From an uncultured Chlamydiae bacterium (GTDB lineage: Bacteria > Chlamydiota > Chlamydiia > Chlamydiales > SM23-39), in the NCBI GenBank assembly GCA_963730605.1, contig CAVSSM010000001.1, positions 640,001-704,000 on the forward strand: 64,000 nucleotides of DNA, given 5' to 3'. The position numbers were made by a program, and so were the translations under genes. Under the pieces are notes generated by a model that searched no databases, had not been told where the DNA came from, and was given only the letters and a program-made list of their open reading frames with translations. This document shows, piece after piece, positions 55,282 to 63,943 of this stretch. Numbering within the stretch: position 1 is the stretch's first letter; the number at the start of each line of letters is the position of its first letter.

Positions 55282-55351
55282 AAAAACCTCATTTTTGATT
55301 CATATATCTTACATCATTTTATTTATTTTTTCAATTATTAAAATATATACA

Positions 55352-55438
55352 CAGCAATTCCCGCTGATTCTCCTATGGAGACCCCCGAAAAGTTTACGAA
55401 AAAACCGCCCATTTTCCATAGAGGAGAGGGAATTGCTG
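55352..55438. mobile_element. 87-bp MITE with 11-bp TIR and 12-bp target-site duplication
   Basis: CAGCAATTCCC / GGGAATTGCTG flanked by AAAATATATACA at 55340-55351 and 55439-55450. Confidence 0.88.
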
Positions 55439-55523
55439 AAAATATATACATGCAGTACAATTAAATTTTTTATTTTATATCTATGTGTGGTGTGGCGAAG
55501 AGCAGAAATTTCAAGTTTGCGTA

Positions 55524-56126
55524 TTACACCCCTCGGGCAGCGAGAGAGGCTTTTAGGCCGGCAACGCCGGTGAAGATTTCGCTGTCTAGGCCGATTTTTC
55601 GGGCCCCCTCGACGAACTCTGGTATGTCATCGGTATAGAAACATTCGGTGGGATCGCACCCGGCTTTCGATAAGGCGTGGAGGAAGATCTGCGGGGAGGG
55701 TTTCAGGGCGCCGACTTTATAGGAGAGGACGAAGTCATCGAAAAGGCTGAGCACAGGGTAATCGGCATGGACGCGGTTGTAGTGGCACTCGGAGGTGTTG
55801 GAAAGAAGGATAAGCCGCAATTTTTGGTTTTTTAAGTGCTCGACGAGCGGGAAAAGGGTCGTGTTCGGGGTGAAAATATCGGATAAAGCGTCCAAAAGGG
55901 CGCGCGAAGCAAAGAGCTTTGGCGAGCGGCTTTTAAAAATATGGATAAGGTGGGCGGTATCGATCTCCCCCATTTCATAAAAATCCTGGATCTTCTCATC
56001 GATGAGGATTTTCTGGATCGCATCGGGAGAGAGGCCTGTACATTCGGCCACTTGGGCGTACATCTTGGGACGGCTGAAAAAGACAAGGACGTTTCCCAAG
56101 TCGAAAAAGATCGTTTTCAGCATCAC
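55524..56126 (-). CDS. HAD-family phosphatase (YihX-like)
   Basis: FFDLGNVL, LLSNT, KP, FYTDD. Confidence 0.9.
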   Translation of the reverse strand: MMLKTIFFDLGNVLVFFSRPKMYAQVAECTGLSPDAIQKILIDEKIQDFYEMGEIDTAHLIHIFKSRSPKLFASRALLDALSDIFTPNTTLFPLVEHLKNQKLRLILLSNTSECHYNRVHADYPVLSLFDDFVLSYKVGALKPSPQIFLHALSKAGCDPTECFYTDDIPEFVEGARKIGLDSEIFTGVAGLKASLAARGV

Positions 56127-56133
56127 GCTTTCC

Positions 56134-56982
56134 TCATGTTTTTCGAGTATAGCTAAGAAGAGTATTTTGGAGGAGCATGGCGATAGTCATCGGGCCGACG
56201 CCGCCGGGAACGGGAGTGATGTGGGATGCGACACTGGATACTTCAGCGAAATCGACGTCGCCCGCGAGCTTGCCGTTTTCTAGCCGGTTGATCCCTACGT
56301 CGATGACGGTTGCTCCCGGACGGACCATGTCTTTTGTGACAAAGCGAGGCTTTCCGATGGCGGCCACAAGAATGTCGGCGGTCCTCGCAATGTCAACGAG
56401 ATGTTCCGACTGGCTGTGCGCAATCGTTACGGTGGCATTGCAATGGGGCTTTTTTTGCACCAAGATGGCGGCTAAGGGCTTGCCGACAATATTGCTGCGG
56501 CCGATGATGACCACCCGTTTCCCAACGACCGGAATCCGGCTGGATTCGAGAAGGACTTTGATCCCGTGGGGCGTGCAGGGGAGAAACCCACTGTCATCTC
56601 CGAGGAGCATTTTGCCAACGTTGAGCGGATGGAAGCCGTCGACGTCTTTTTCGGGATCGATTGCGAGCATGACGGCTTTTTCGTCGATTTGCTGAGGCAA
56701 AGGAAGCTGGACGAGAATGCCGTCGACTCCAGGATCGGAATTGAGCGAGTGGATATGGGCAAGGAGAACTTCTTGGGATACCAAGGCAGGCAGCTCGAGC
56801 AAGGAAGAGTCGATCCCGGTCGAGCCGCAGGCTTTTTTCTTTGAGGCGACATAGACTTTAGAAGCGGGGTTTTTTCCCACTAGGATGAATGCGAGGCGAG
56901 GTTTTCGCCCTTTCATGCCAGACACTTTCTTTTCCATCTCAAGATAAAGAGAGTGGGCAAGGGCTTTTCCGTCGACGATCAT
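56134..56982 (-). CDS. folD: Methylenetetrahydrofolate dehydrogenase/cyclohydrolase
   Basis: GILVQLPLP, KDVDGFHP, PCTP, GRSNIVGKP, TPVPGGVGPMT. Confidence 0.97.
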   Translation of the reverse strand: MIVDGKALAHSLYLEMEKKVSGMKGRKPRLAFILVGKNPASKVYVASKKKACGSTGIDSSLLELPALVSQEVLLAHIHSLNSDPGVDGILVQLPLPQQIDEKAVMLAIDPEKDVDGFHPLNVGKMLLGDDSGFLPCTPHGIKVLLESSRIPVVGKRVVIIGRSNIVGKPLAAILVQKKPHCNATVTIAHSQSEHLVDIARTADILVAAIGKPRFVTKDMVRPGATVIDVGINRLENGKLAGDVDFAEVSSVASHITPVPGGVGPMTIAMLLQNTLLSYTRKT

Positions 56983-56985
56983 TTG

Positions 56986-57924
56986 TTATCCGAAACTCGC
57001 ATTATTGAGAATTTTGAGTAAGGGGTCGTGGATATGGCCGTTTGTAGCGAGGATCGGATTTTTTCCATGAGCTAAAAAGGGGGTTTTGTCCCAATGGGTG
57101 ACCCTTCCTCCCGCCTCGGCAACGAGAAGCTGTCCTGCGGCACAGTCCCAAGGACTCAAGCTCACTTCGAAAAAACCTTCGAAATGGCCAGCCGCCGTAT
57201 AGGCGAGATCCAGGGCCGCCGAGCCGAGCCGGCGAATCGGGACGCCGAGCTTGAGGACGTCGATGAAATGATCGATGCAATGGAAAGGGTTGTCAGCAAG
57301 ATTATAGGGGAATCCTGTCGCTAATATCGATTCTTCGAGCCTTAAAACAGGCGAGACGCGGATGGGCTCGCCGTTCAAAAAGGCACCGTTGCCCAATTCT
57401 GCGACAAAAAGCTCATGATGGAGAGGCTGATAGACGACCCCGGTTTGGATCTGCCCGTTTTTCTCAAGCGCGATGCTGACTGAGAAGATGGGGATGCCGT
57501 GGGCGAAATTGACCGTGCCGTCTAGGGGATCGATGATCCAGAGGAGGTCATCTTCTCCCCAAAGACGATGCGTCTTTGGGGGCCCCTCCTCTTTTTCCTC
57601 TTCTTCTCCCCAAAGACGATGCGTCTTTGGGGGCCCCTCCTCTTTTTCCTCTTCTTCTCCCCAAAGACCATGCGTCTTTGGGGGCCCCGGTCCCGTAGCG
57701 CCGCTCTCTTCGGCAAGAAAGCGGGAGCCGGGGTCTATTTGCTTGAGCGCGCCGATGATGCTTTTTTCGGCTTTGATGTCATAGTCGGTGACGAGATTGT
57801 GCCTCCCTTCTTTCGAAGAGATGGTAAAACTCGTCCTGAACCCTTTGCGGAGAATAACGCCTGCCTCCAAAGCGGCGTCGATCGCTGCAAGTGTCAGGCG
57901 CGAGAATGTTTCTTTTTTAACCAA
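56986..57924 (-). CDS. suhB: Inositol monophosphatase (SuhB family) with a ~46-aa repeat insertion
   Basis: LVTDYD, LAEES, WIIDPLDGTVNF, RRLGSAALDL, WDCAAG; start uncertain (TTG at 57924). Confidence 0.92.
   Translation of the reverse strand: MVKKETFSRLTLAAIDAALEAGVILRKGFRTSFTISSKEGRHNLVTDYDIKAEKSIIGALKQIDPGSRFLAEESGATGPGPPKTHGLWGEEEEKEEGPPKTHRLWGEEEEKEEGPPKTHRLWGEDDLLWIIDPLDGTVNFAHGIPIFSVSIALEKNGQIQTGVVYQPLHHELFVAELGNGAFLNGEPIRVSPVLRLEESILATGFPYNLADNPFHCIDHFIDVLKLGVPIRRLGSAALDLAYTAAGHFEGFFEVSLSPWDCAAGQLLVAEAGGRVTHWDKTPFLAHGKNPILATNGHIHDPLLKILNNASFG
57551..57688. repeat. 51-bp tandem repeat (2.7 units), each unit containing the ~30-bp hairpin, in frame in suhB
   Basis: TCTTCTCCCCAAAGACGATGCGTCTTTGGGGGCCCCTCCTCTTTTTCCTCT at 57551, 57602 and 57653. 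Confidence 0.93.
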
Positions 57925-58418
57925 AATAACACCCAATAACGGCGAGCTTTGCCCCAAAGATAGAGGAATCCCGAAAAGCAAATCCAAGCGTAGATCGCGT
58001 CGATCAGGGACGTTGCCAGCCAGTCGATGACGACCCATTGTCCGGAAATAGAGACTCTTCTGTCAAAGAGAAAAAGGAAAAAGATCTGGAGAATGGAAAC
58101 AAGGAGAGAGGCAAATGAGGCAAATACCGTCAGATGAAGGGGGCGGTCGTAGAGAAAACGGTTCCGGAAACGAAATAAAACGGCTGCGGCCAAGGTATAA
58201 GAGATCGGATAGAGGCCGAAAGGAAAATCGGATAGAAGATCGACAAGGACTCCAGCCGCCGCTGCTCCTAGTAGAGGTTTGAAGAGGTCTTTTTGGGAAG
58301 GCGAGAGCAAGACAGCGAGAGCGATCCAAGGAACAAAGGCGTTTAGAGGAACGCCTGGCACGTCCACCCCTTGTAGGAACAAGACGGCCGTAGAGAGGGC
58401 AAAAGAGAAAATCAGCAT
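57894..58418 (-). CDS. MreD-like integral membrane protein
   Basis: About 5 TM segments with AGVLVDLLS..PFGL pattern. Confidence 0.6.
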   Translation of the reverse strand: MLIFSFALSTAVLFLQGVDVPGVPLNAFVPWIALAVLLSPSQKDLFKPLLGAAAAGVLVDLLSDFPFGLYPISYTLAAAVLFRFRNRFLYDRPLHLTVFASFASLLVSILQIFFLFLFDRRVSISGQWVVIDWLATSLIDAIYAWICFSGFLYLWGKARRYWVLFWLKKKHSRA

Positions 58419-59434
58419 GTTGTACGATTCTTAATACAGCTCTTCACGAGCGAGGCGTTTTCAGCGAGGAGCTGGTGCCATTTCCAAGCCGACTCGATGA
58501 GGATGGGAAGCTCTGAGAGTTTTGGAGTCCATCCGAGGAGCTCTTTGGCTCTCGTATTGTCCGCAGTCAAGTTCGAGGGCTCGCCCGCGCGGGACCGCTC
58601 CAATCGGACAGGGAGCGTCTTGCCGCAGAACTTTTGCACTGCGTCGATGATCTCCAGGACGGAATGACCGGTGCCGGTGCCGAGATTGATTTGGGCGCTT
58701 GTATTTTTCTCCATTAACAGTCTCAGCGCGCTGACGTGGGCGTCGGCAATGTCTTGGATATGGATGTAATCGCGCACAGCGCTGCCGTCCTCGGAGGGAA
58801 AATCGGTGCCGTAGACGACGATCTCTTTCTTGACGCCTAAGGCCGCTTGGATGACCGAAGGGATCAGGTGCGTTTCCGGATCATGGTTTTCCCCGATCTC
58901 CGTTTGAAGGTCAGCTCCGGCGATATTGAAATACCTCAAGGCGATCGACCGGATTCCAAAAGCGGTTTCGAAATCGGAGATCATTTGCTCGACCATCCAC
59001 TTCGATCTTCCGTAAGGGTTGATCGGCCCGATCGGATGCGCTTCGGTCATGGGGACTTGTTTGGGCTGGCCATAGACGGCGCATGTGCTGGAGAAGACGA
59101 GATAAGGAATTTTGCACTCTTGCATCGCTTCCAGAAGGCAAAGCGAGCCGGTTAAATTATTTCTATAATACTTGCCGGGGTCGGCCATCGATTCGATAAC
59201 GAGGGCCGATGCGGCAAAGTGGAGGACCGCTTTTGGACTAAATTTTTTGAAGGTCTCAATCAGTTTTTCCTTTTCGGAGAGGTCGGCCTGGACGAAAGGG
59301 CCCCACTTTACGGCATAGGCATGCCCTGTAGAGAGGTTGTCATAAGCGACTGGGAGAAATCCTGCAAGAGCGAGAGTCTTGCAAACTTGGGAACCGATGT
59401 ACCCGGCCCCGCCCGTGACGATGATGGCATCCAT
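58412..59434 (-). CDS. galE: UDP-glucose 4-epimerase
   Basis: VTGGAGYIGS, FSSTCAVYG, YGRSK, LRYFN, RDYIHI.D. Confidence 0.95.
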   Translation of the reverse strand: MDAIIVTGGAGYIGSQVCKTLALAGFLPVAYDNLSTGHAYAVKWGPFVQADLSEKEKLIETFKKFSPKAVLHFAASALVIESMADPGKYYRNNLTGSLCLLEAMQECKIPYLVFSSTCAVYGQPKQVPMTEAHPIGPINPYGRSKWMVEQMISDFETAFGIRSIALRYFNIAGADLQTEIGENHDPETHLIPSVIQAALGVKKEIVVYGTDFPSEDGSAVRDYIHIQDIADAHVSALRLLMEKNTSAQINLGTGTGHSVLEIIDAVQKFCGKTLPVRLERSRAGEPSNLTADNTRAKELLGWTPKLSELPILIESAWKWHQLLAENASLVKSCIKNRTTC

Positions 59435-59547
59435 ACGATCCCATTATACGCATCGAAGAATTATTTAATAATCCAGAGATCATCGAGGCTTCGAGCGATC
59501 CCAGAAACCCATGCCCGCCTGGGGCGGGCTGGAGATTTTCCCTACGC

Positions 59548-59928
59548 TTACTCTTTCAGTGCGAGGCTTGTGGCACCGCCGAGGGCAGAGAGTCCCAAAG
59601 CAGTACAAGCGGCATAGGTAGTGATTGGGGCGACAGTAGTCGCCAAATGCCAGAGAGCCACCATAGCTGCTTTGCCGGCGACCGGAGCTAATAATGCTCC
59701 TATCCCATGTGTCGCTAAAATAGTAAAAATAAAAGCGGTGAGCGCAAGTAAAACACCTAGGGAACCAAATGCGGCAAAAGCGACGCTTGCGACTTTTCGG
59801 GCGATTCTCGCGGCATTCGATGTTTGCGGCTGAATCTGCAACTCGTTCTGGCGAACAGCCTGTTGGTAGGTAACCGCTTGCGAGGAGTCACCTGAGGAAA
59901 CTGTAGAATTAAGGTTTTTAAGGCTCAT
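59548..59928 (-). CDS. Inc-like small hydrophobic protein
   Basis: Ser/Gln-rich N-terminus followed by long hydrophobic segments; AT-rich upstream region. Confidence 0.55.
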   Translation of the reverse strand: MSLKNLNSTVSSGDSSQAVTYQQAVRQNELQIQPQTSNAARIARKVASVAFAAFGSLGVLLALTAFIFTILATHGIGALLAPVAGKAAMVALWHLATTVAPITTYAACTALGLSALGGATSLALKE

Positions 59929-60118
59929 AATATTATCCTTTTTATTATAATAGTTTTCAATAACGCAATAATATTAATATATCCGTACATTTATTTCAAC
60001 TTAATAAATTCATATCCATTGTTTTTCCAATGTGTTATAAAAATTTTCCTTTTTGTAAAAATTGGTAAATTATTTATTTAATAAATAAATAAGCTTAAGC
60101 TATGCTACAATAATAATC

Positions 60119-61036
60119 ATGATATCAATCAATTGTATATATAATTATTTTTTCCAACTTCCTAACCAAACGACGGCGGAAGAAAATAAAAAAGATTTTA
60201 TTACGGAAAACTGCCGTGCTTGCCGCGAAATCAGAGACTCCTTCCATACCCATGACCCTGGAGAGCCGCCGCAGTGCCCAACCGGCATCTTTGACGTTTT
60301 GCGCGGCTTCCCATGGAGCTGTCTTGGGCCTCGCAAGGTAGTCCAAGGGAAAATCGACGAGATCCAACAACAATCGGCAGCCAAAGCGAAAAAAGCCCTG
60401 ATCATTGAGGCCAATGGCGGATGGACCGATTTTCCGCTCCTTAGCGATATCCCAAAAATACGCTGCCTAGCCCAAACCCATTCTATCGAGTATTATCCCA
60501 TATCGAGTCAGGAAGACTTTTTCCGCATGTTGAAAAAGTTGCCAAAGGAGCGGCTCTACGATTGCCTCTGGATTCGAGGCCATGGGAACCAGACCGGCGT
60601 TTTTTTGGGCAAGCTCCATTTTATGCAGCATATGAACCGCTACAAGACCCTCCATTTTCCCTATCACATCCAAATCCTTGCTGAAAAAATCCGGAAAGGG
60701 GGCAAAGTGATTTTTGAAAGCTGCAATGTAGGAAGCGGCAAGATGAATTGCGCGAAATCCTTTTCAAGACTATGCCCCGACACTACGGTCTATGCATCTA
60801 AAACCTTGCATCACGCGATTTGGGGATTGACGATGCGCAGCAACGGAATCCCCCATTTCAAGAGCCCCTTCGGTTTCACTTCGACGCGGATCTATCAGAG
60901 GGGACGCAAGATCGTCTCCTCGCCCATAAATTTTGATGGAGCAAACCGGCAATCAGAGGGGCCCCTCCCGGAAGCTCAAGCAGACGCTCGTGGAAAGAGT
61001 CCTCGAACTGCCCCAACTTCTCTTCCACCCCTTTGA
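60119..61036 (+). CDS. Hypothetical protein with a possible His-Gly/Ser-Cys cysteine-peptidase-like dyad (DUF4347-like)
   Basis: LWIRGHG ... VIFESCNVG.G spacing. Confidence 0.55.
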   Translation: MISINCIYNYFFQLPNQTTAEENKKDFITENCRACREIRDSFHTHDPGEPPQCPTGIFDVLRGFPWSCLGPRKVVQGKIDEIQQQSAAKAKKALIIEANGGWTDFPLLSDIPKIRCLAQTHSIEYYPISSQEDFFRMLKKLPKERLYDCLWIRGHGNQTGVFLGKLHFMQHMNRYKTLHFPYHIQILAEKIRKGGKVIFESCNVGSGKMNCAKSFSRLCPDTTVYASKTLHHAIWGLTMRSNGIPHFKSPFGFTSTRIYQRGRKIVSSPINFDGANRQSEGPLPEAQADARGKSPRTAPTSLPPL

Positions 61037-61772
61037 TTCCATACAATGCCACGGCCGTTGGCTTTTGAAGCGCTGCGTCTCGTTGACTATTTTTCCCCAA
61101 AACCTCTTTGCTTGCTGTGGCGTCTAAAAGGTCGTCGAGAAATTGGAAAGCGAGCCCGATTTCGAATCCAAGGCTGGTGATAAGAGGGAAGACCGTTTCA
61201 GGCGCCTCCGCAGCCACAGCCCCGAATTGCAGGCTCGCGGCGAGGAGAGCTCCCGTTTTGCCGCGGTGCATCTCCAAAAGGGCCGCTTCCTCGATTTGCC
61301 TTCCTGCCGAGCTGATATCGGCTGCCTGCCCTCCGAGCATCCCTTTGGATCCTGCGGCGAAGGCGAGGATTTGACTCAAGCGGAGCCTTTGTTCGGAGGT
61401 GAGTTTTGGGGCGCTGCCGATCACTTCGAACGAGTAAGTCAAGAGATAATCTCCCGCAAGAAGGGCGATCCCTTCCGGAAAAACCTTGTGGAGAGTCGGC
61501 CTGCCGCGGCGCAAATCGTCGTCGTCCATGCAGGGCAGGTCGTCATGAATGAGGGAATAGGCATGAACCATTTCGATCGCACAGGCTGGATCGAGGGCTT
61601 TTTCCAGGTCGCCGCCGAAAGTCGCCGCCGTTGCGAGGACAAGAGCGGGCCGCAGCCTTTTTCCTTGCGAGAGCAGAGAATATCTGGCGGCAGCATAGAG
61701 GGCAATGGAAGAATCGGGGATCAGTCCATCGAGGCGTTGATTCACCCGCTGGATGAGAGTTTCAGAGAGCAT
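60876..61772 (-). CDS. ispA: Polyprenyl (farnesyl/geranylgeranyl) diphosphate synthase
   Basis: GKRLRP, SLIHDDLPCMDDDDLRRGRPT, GQ..D, KT, FQFLDDLLD. Confidence 0.93.
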   Translation of the reverse strand: MLSETLIQRVNQRLDGLIPDSSIALYAAARYSLLSQGKRLRPALVLATAATFGGDLEKALDPACAIEMVHAYSLIHDDLPCMDDDDLRRGRPTLHKVFPEGIALLAGDYLLTYSFEVIGSAPKLTSEQRLRLSQILAFAAGSKGMLGGQAADISSAGRQIEEAALLEMHRGKTGALLAASLQFGAVAAEAPETVFPLITSLGFEIGLAFQFLDDLLDATASKEVLGKNSQRDAALQKPTAVALYGIKGVEEKLGQFEDSFHERLLELPGGAPLIAGLLHQNLWARRRSCVPSDRSASK

Positions 61773-63114
61773 GGATCTGATCCGGAGCTCCGATGGAGAT
61801 GTAATCGAAGCCAAACTTTTTCATCTCTTCGGGCCTGTATTGATTGCGCCCATCGAAAAGAGCAAGTCCCTTCATGGCTTTTACGACCGCGGAAAAATCT
61901 ACAAGGCGGAACTGCTTCCATTCCGTGATCAAGGCAATGGCATGGGTCCCTGCCGCGGCATCGGATTCGCTCTTGCACCATACGATCTCAGGATGCTCGC
62001 CGAGGATTTTTTTCGCATTATCCATTGCGACCGGATCGAAGAGGCGGACATGGGCGCCCTGCTTTAAAAGAAGGTCTATCACGGTCAAAGACGGCGCTTC
62101 ACGCATATCGTCCGTATCGGGTTTGAAAGAAAGCCCCCAGATTGCAATCGTTTTGCCGGACAGGCCCCCCCGAAGAGAAAAATAGCCGGCCATTTGCTTA
62201 GGAAGAAGCTTCTTTTGACGTTCGTTGACTAAGTCAGCCGCCTGTAGAAGCATCGACTCGGCGCCAGCCGACTTCGCGATCGCCATAAGGGCGCGGATAT
62301 CTTTAGGGAAACAGGAGCCGCCGTAGCCAACCCCAGGATAGAGAAAATTGGGCCCGATCCGGGGATCGGTTCCTATACCGATGCGCACTTCATTGACATT
62401 GGCGCCAACTTTTTTGCAAATGTCGGCCATCTCATTCATGAATGAGATCCGAGTGGCCAGCATCGCATTTGCGGCGTATTTGGTCATTTCCGCCGAGCGG
62501 ATATCCATCAGGATCATCCGGTCTGCCTCGCCCTCTTGAAAAAATGGGGCGTAGATCTCTTTCATGATCCTCTCGGGCTCAAGCGCATCTCTCCCGATCA
62601 CGACACGGTCGGGGGCCAAACAATCTTGGATGGCGGCGCCTTCTTTGAGGAATTCCGGATTTGATACGACATCGAAGGCAGCGTCCGAATTTTTCCTTTG
62701 CAACACCTCCCTGACCAAGGCTAACACGCGATCGGCAGTGCCAACGGGAACGGTCGATTTATTCACGAGCACAGTGTAGCCGGTCAAATGCTCTGCGATT
62801 TGACGAGCCGCATCTTCCAGGTAGGAAATATTGCATGAGCCATCCTCATTCGATGGGGTAGGAACAGCGATGAAGCAGGCAGATGCGGAGGGTACCGCGG
62901 ACCGATAATCGGAGGTAAATTTCAATCGTCCCAGCCGCACATTTCTTTTCACGATCTCCTCCAACCCAGGCTCATAGATGGGAAGTTGGCCGCGGAGGAG
63001 CTTTTCGATTTTTTCCCGATCGATATCGAGACAATGTACAGAGTGGCCTTTGTCAGCAAAGCAGGCTCCAGTAACGAGTCCCACGTAACCGGTCCCTATC
63101 ATCACGATTTCCAT
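61762..63114 (-). CDS. ugd: UDP-glucose/GDP-mannose dehydrogenase
   Basis: IGTGYVGLV, KSTVPVGT, SNPEFLKEG, GYGGSCFPKD, FKPDTDDMRE. Confidence 0.95.
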   Translation of the reverse strand: MEIVMIGTGYVGLVTGACFADKGHSVHCLDIDREKIEKLLRGQLPIYEPGLEEIVKRNVRLGRLKFTSDYRSAVPSASACFIAVPTPSNEDGSCNISYLEDAARQIAEHLTGYTVLVNKSTVPVGTADRVLALVREVLQRKNSDAAFDVVSNPEFLKEGAAIQDCLAPDRVVIGRDALEPERIMKEIYAPFFQEGEADRMILMDIRSAEMTKYAANAMLATRISFMNEMADICKKVGANVNEVRIGIGTDPRIGPNFLYPGVGYGGSCFPKDIRALMAIAKSAGAESMLLQAADLVNERQKKLLPKQMAGYFSLRGGLSGKTIAIWGLSFKPDTDDMREAPSLTVIDLLLKQGAHVRLFDPVAMDNAKKILGEHPEIVWCKSESDAAAGTHAIALITEWKQFRLVDFSAVVKAMKGLALFDGRNQYRPEEMKKFGFDYISIGAPDQIHAL

Positions 63115-63126
63115 CTAAACTCCATG

Positions 63127-63732
63127 TTAATAAGCCCCTTTCGGGAAAATCATTCGGATCGCTGTTTGCAAGATCACACGGATATCGAGCCAAAAGGATC
63201 TGTGGTCGACATAAAATTCTTCGAGTTGAATGCGCTCATTCAACGTGAAGCAGTTTCTCCCTTTGACGATCCAGAGGCTGGTCAGTCCAGGCCGGACCGA
63301 GAGGATTTTCGGGGCTTTTTCTTTCAGATAGTGGACGACCTCGTCCCGCGTCAAGGGGCGGGGGCCGACAAGACTCATGTCTCCAAGAAGGACGTTGATG
63401 AATTGGGGAAGCTCGTCGAGCGAGGTCTTGCGCAGCCATTTTCCGACCGATGTAATGCGGGGGTCTGCCTTTAACTTGTAGTAGGTTTTCCATTCCTGCA
63501 TGAGGATGGGGTTGCTGGCAAGGAGGGTCTGTAATTTCAGGTCGGCGTCGGAGTGCATCGTTCTGAATTTCAGGCAACCGAACGGCTTTCCATCTTTGCC
63601 GACGCGCGAGTGGGCGTAGAAAATGGGGCCGGGGGATGAGAGCTTCACCGCAGCGGCGCATACGAGAAAGAAGGGAGCGGCTAAAACCAGTATGGCGAGA
63701 CTGAATAGTACATCAAAAAAGCGTTTAACCAT
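63127..63732 (-). CDS. Bacterial sugar transferase (phosphoglycosyltransferase)
   Basis: KRFFD, KFRTM, DPRIT.VG.WLRKTSLDELPQF.NVL.GDMSLVGPRP, RPGLT. Confidence 0.93.
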   Translation of the reverse strand: MVKRFFDVLFSLAILVLAAPFFLVCAAAVKLSSPGPIFYAHSRVGKDGKPFGCLKFRTMHSDADLKLQTLLASNPILMQEWKTYYKLKADPRITSVGKWLRKTSLDELPQFINVLLGDMSLVGPRPLTRDEVVHYLKEKAPKILSVRPGLTSLWIVKGRNCFTLNERIQLEEFYVDHRSFWLDIRVILQTAIRMIFPKGAY

Positions 63733-63800
63733 AAGGGATCGAAGGTATCTCAAAAAAGAAATTTCCGCAACGGGGCTATTCCTTTTAGTGAGAGGCCAAC

Positions 63801-63917
63801 ATGCACCACAGAGACACGGAGAAAGAAGAGGCAGCACAGAGAGAAAAAATTTGCTTTTTTGCGAGGGCAAAAAAGCAGTTGCATCCTCTGTGCTACCTCT
63901 CTCCCTTTGTGGTGCAT
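63801..63917. repeat. ~117-bp nested palindrome (REP/MITE-like) upstream of the sugar transferase
   Basis: ATGCACCACA/TGTGGTGCAT, AGAGGCAGCACAGAG/CTCTGTGCTACCTCT, TGCTTTTTTGC/GCAAAAAAGCA. Confidence 0.78.
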
Positions 63918-63943
63918 TTGTGTGTCTATGGTTTATTTTTTTC

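Noticed and set aside
57551..57688. CRISPR-like array (palindromic repeats at regular spacing)
   Set aside because: The spacers are identical rather than unique, the array is in frame inside suhB, and there are no cas genes or leader.
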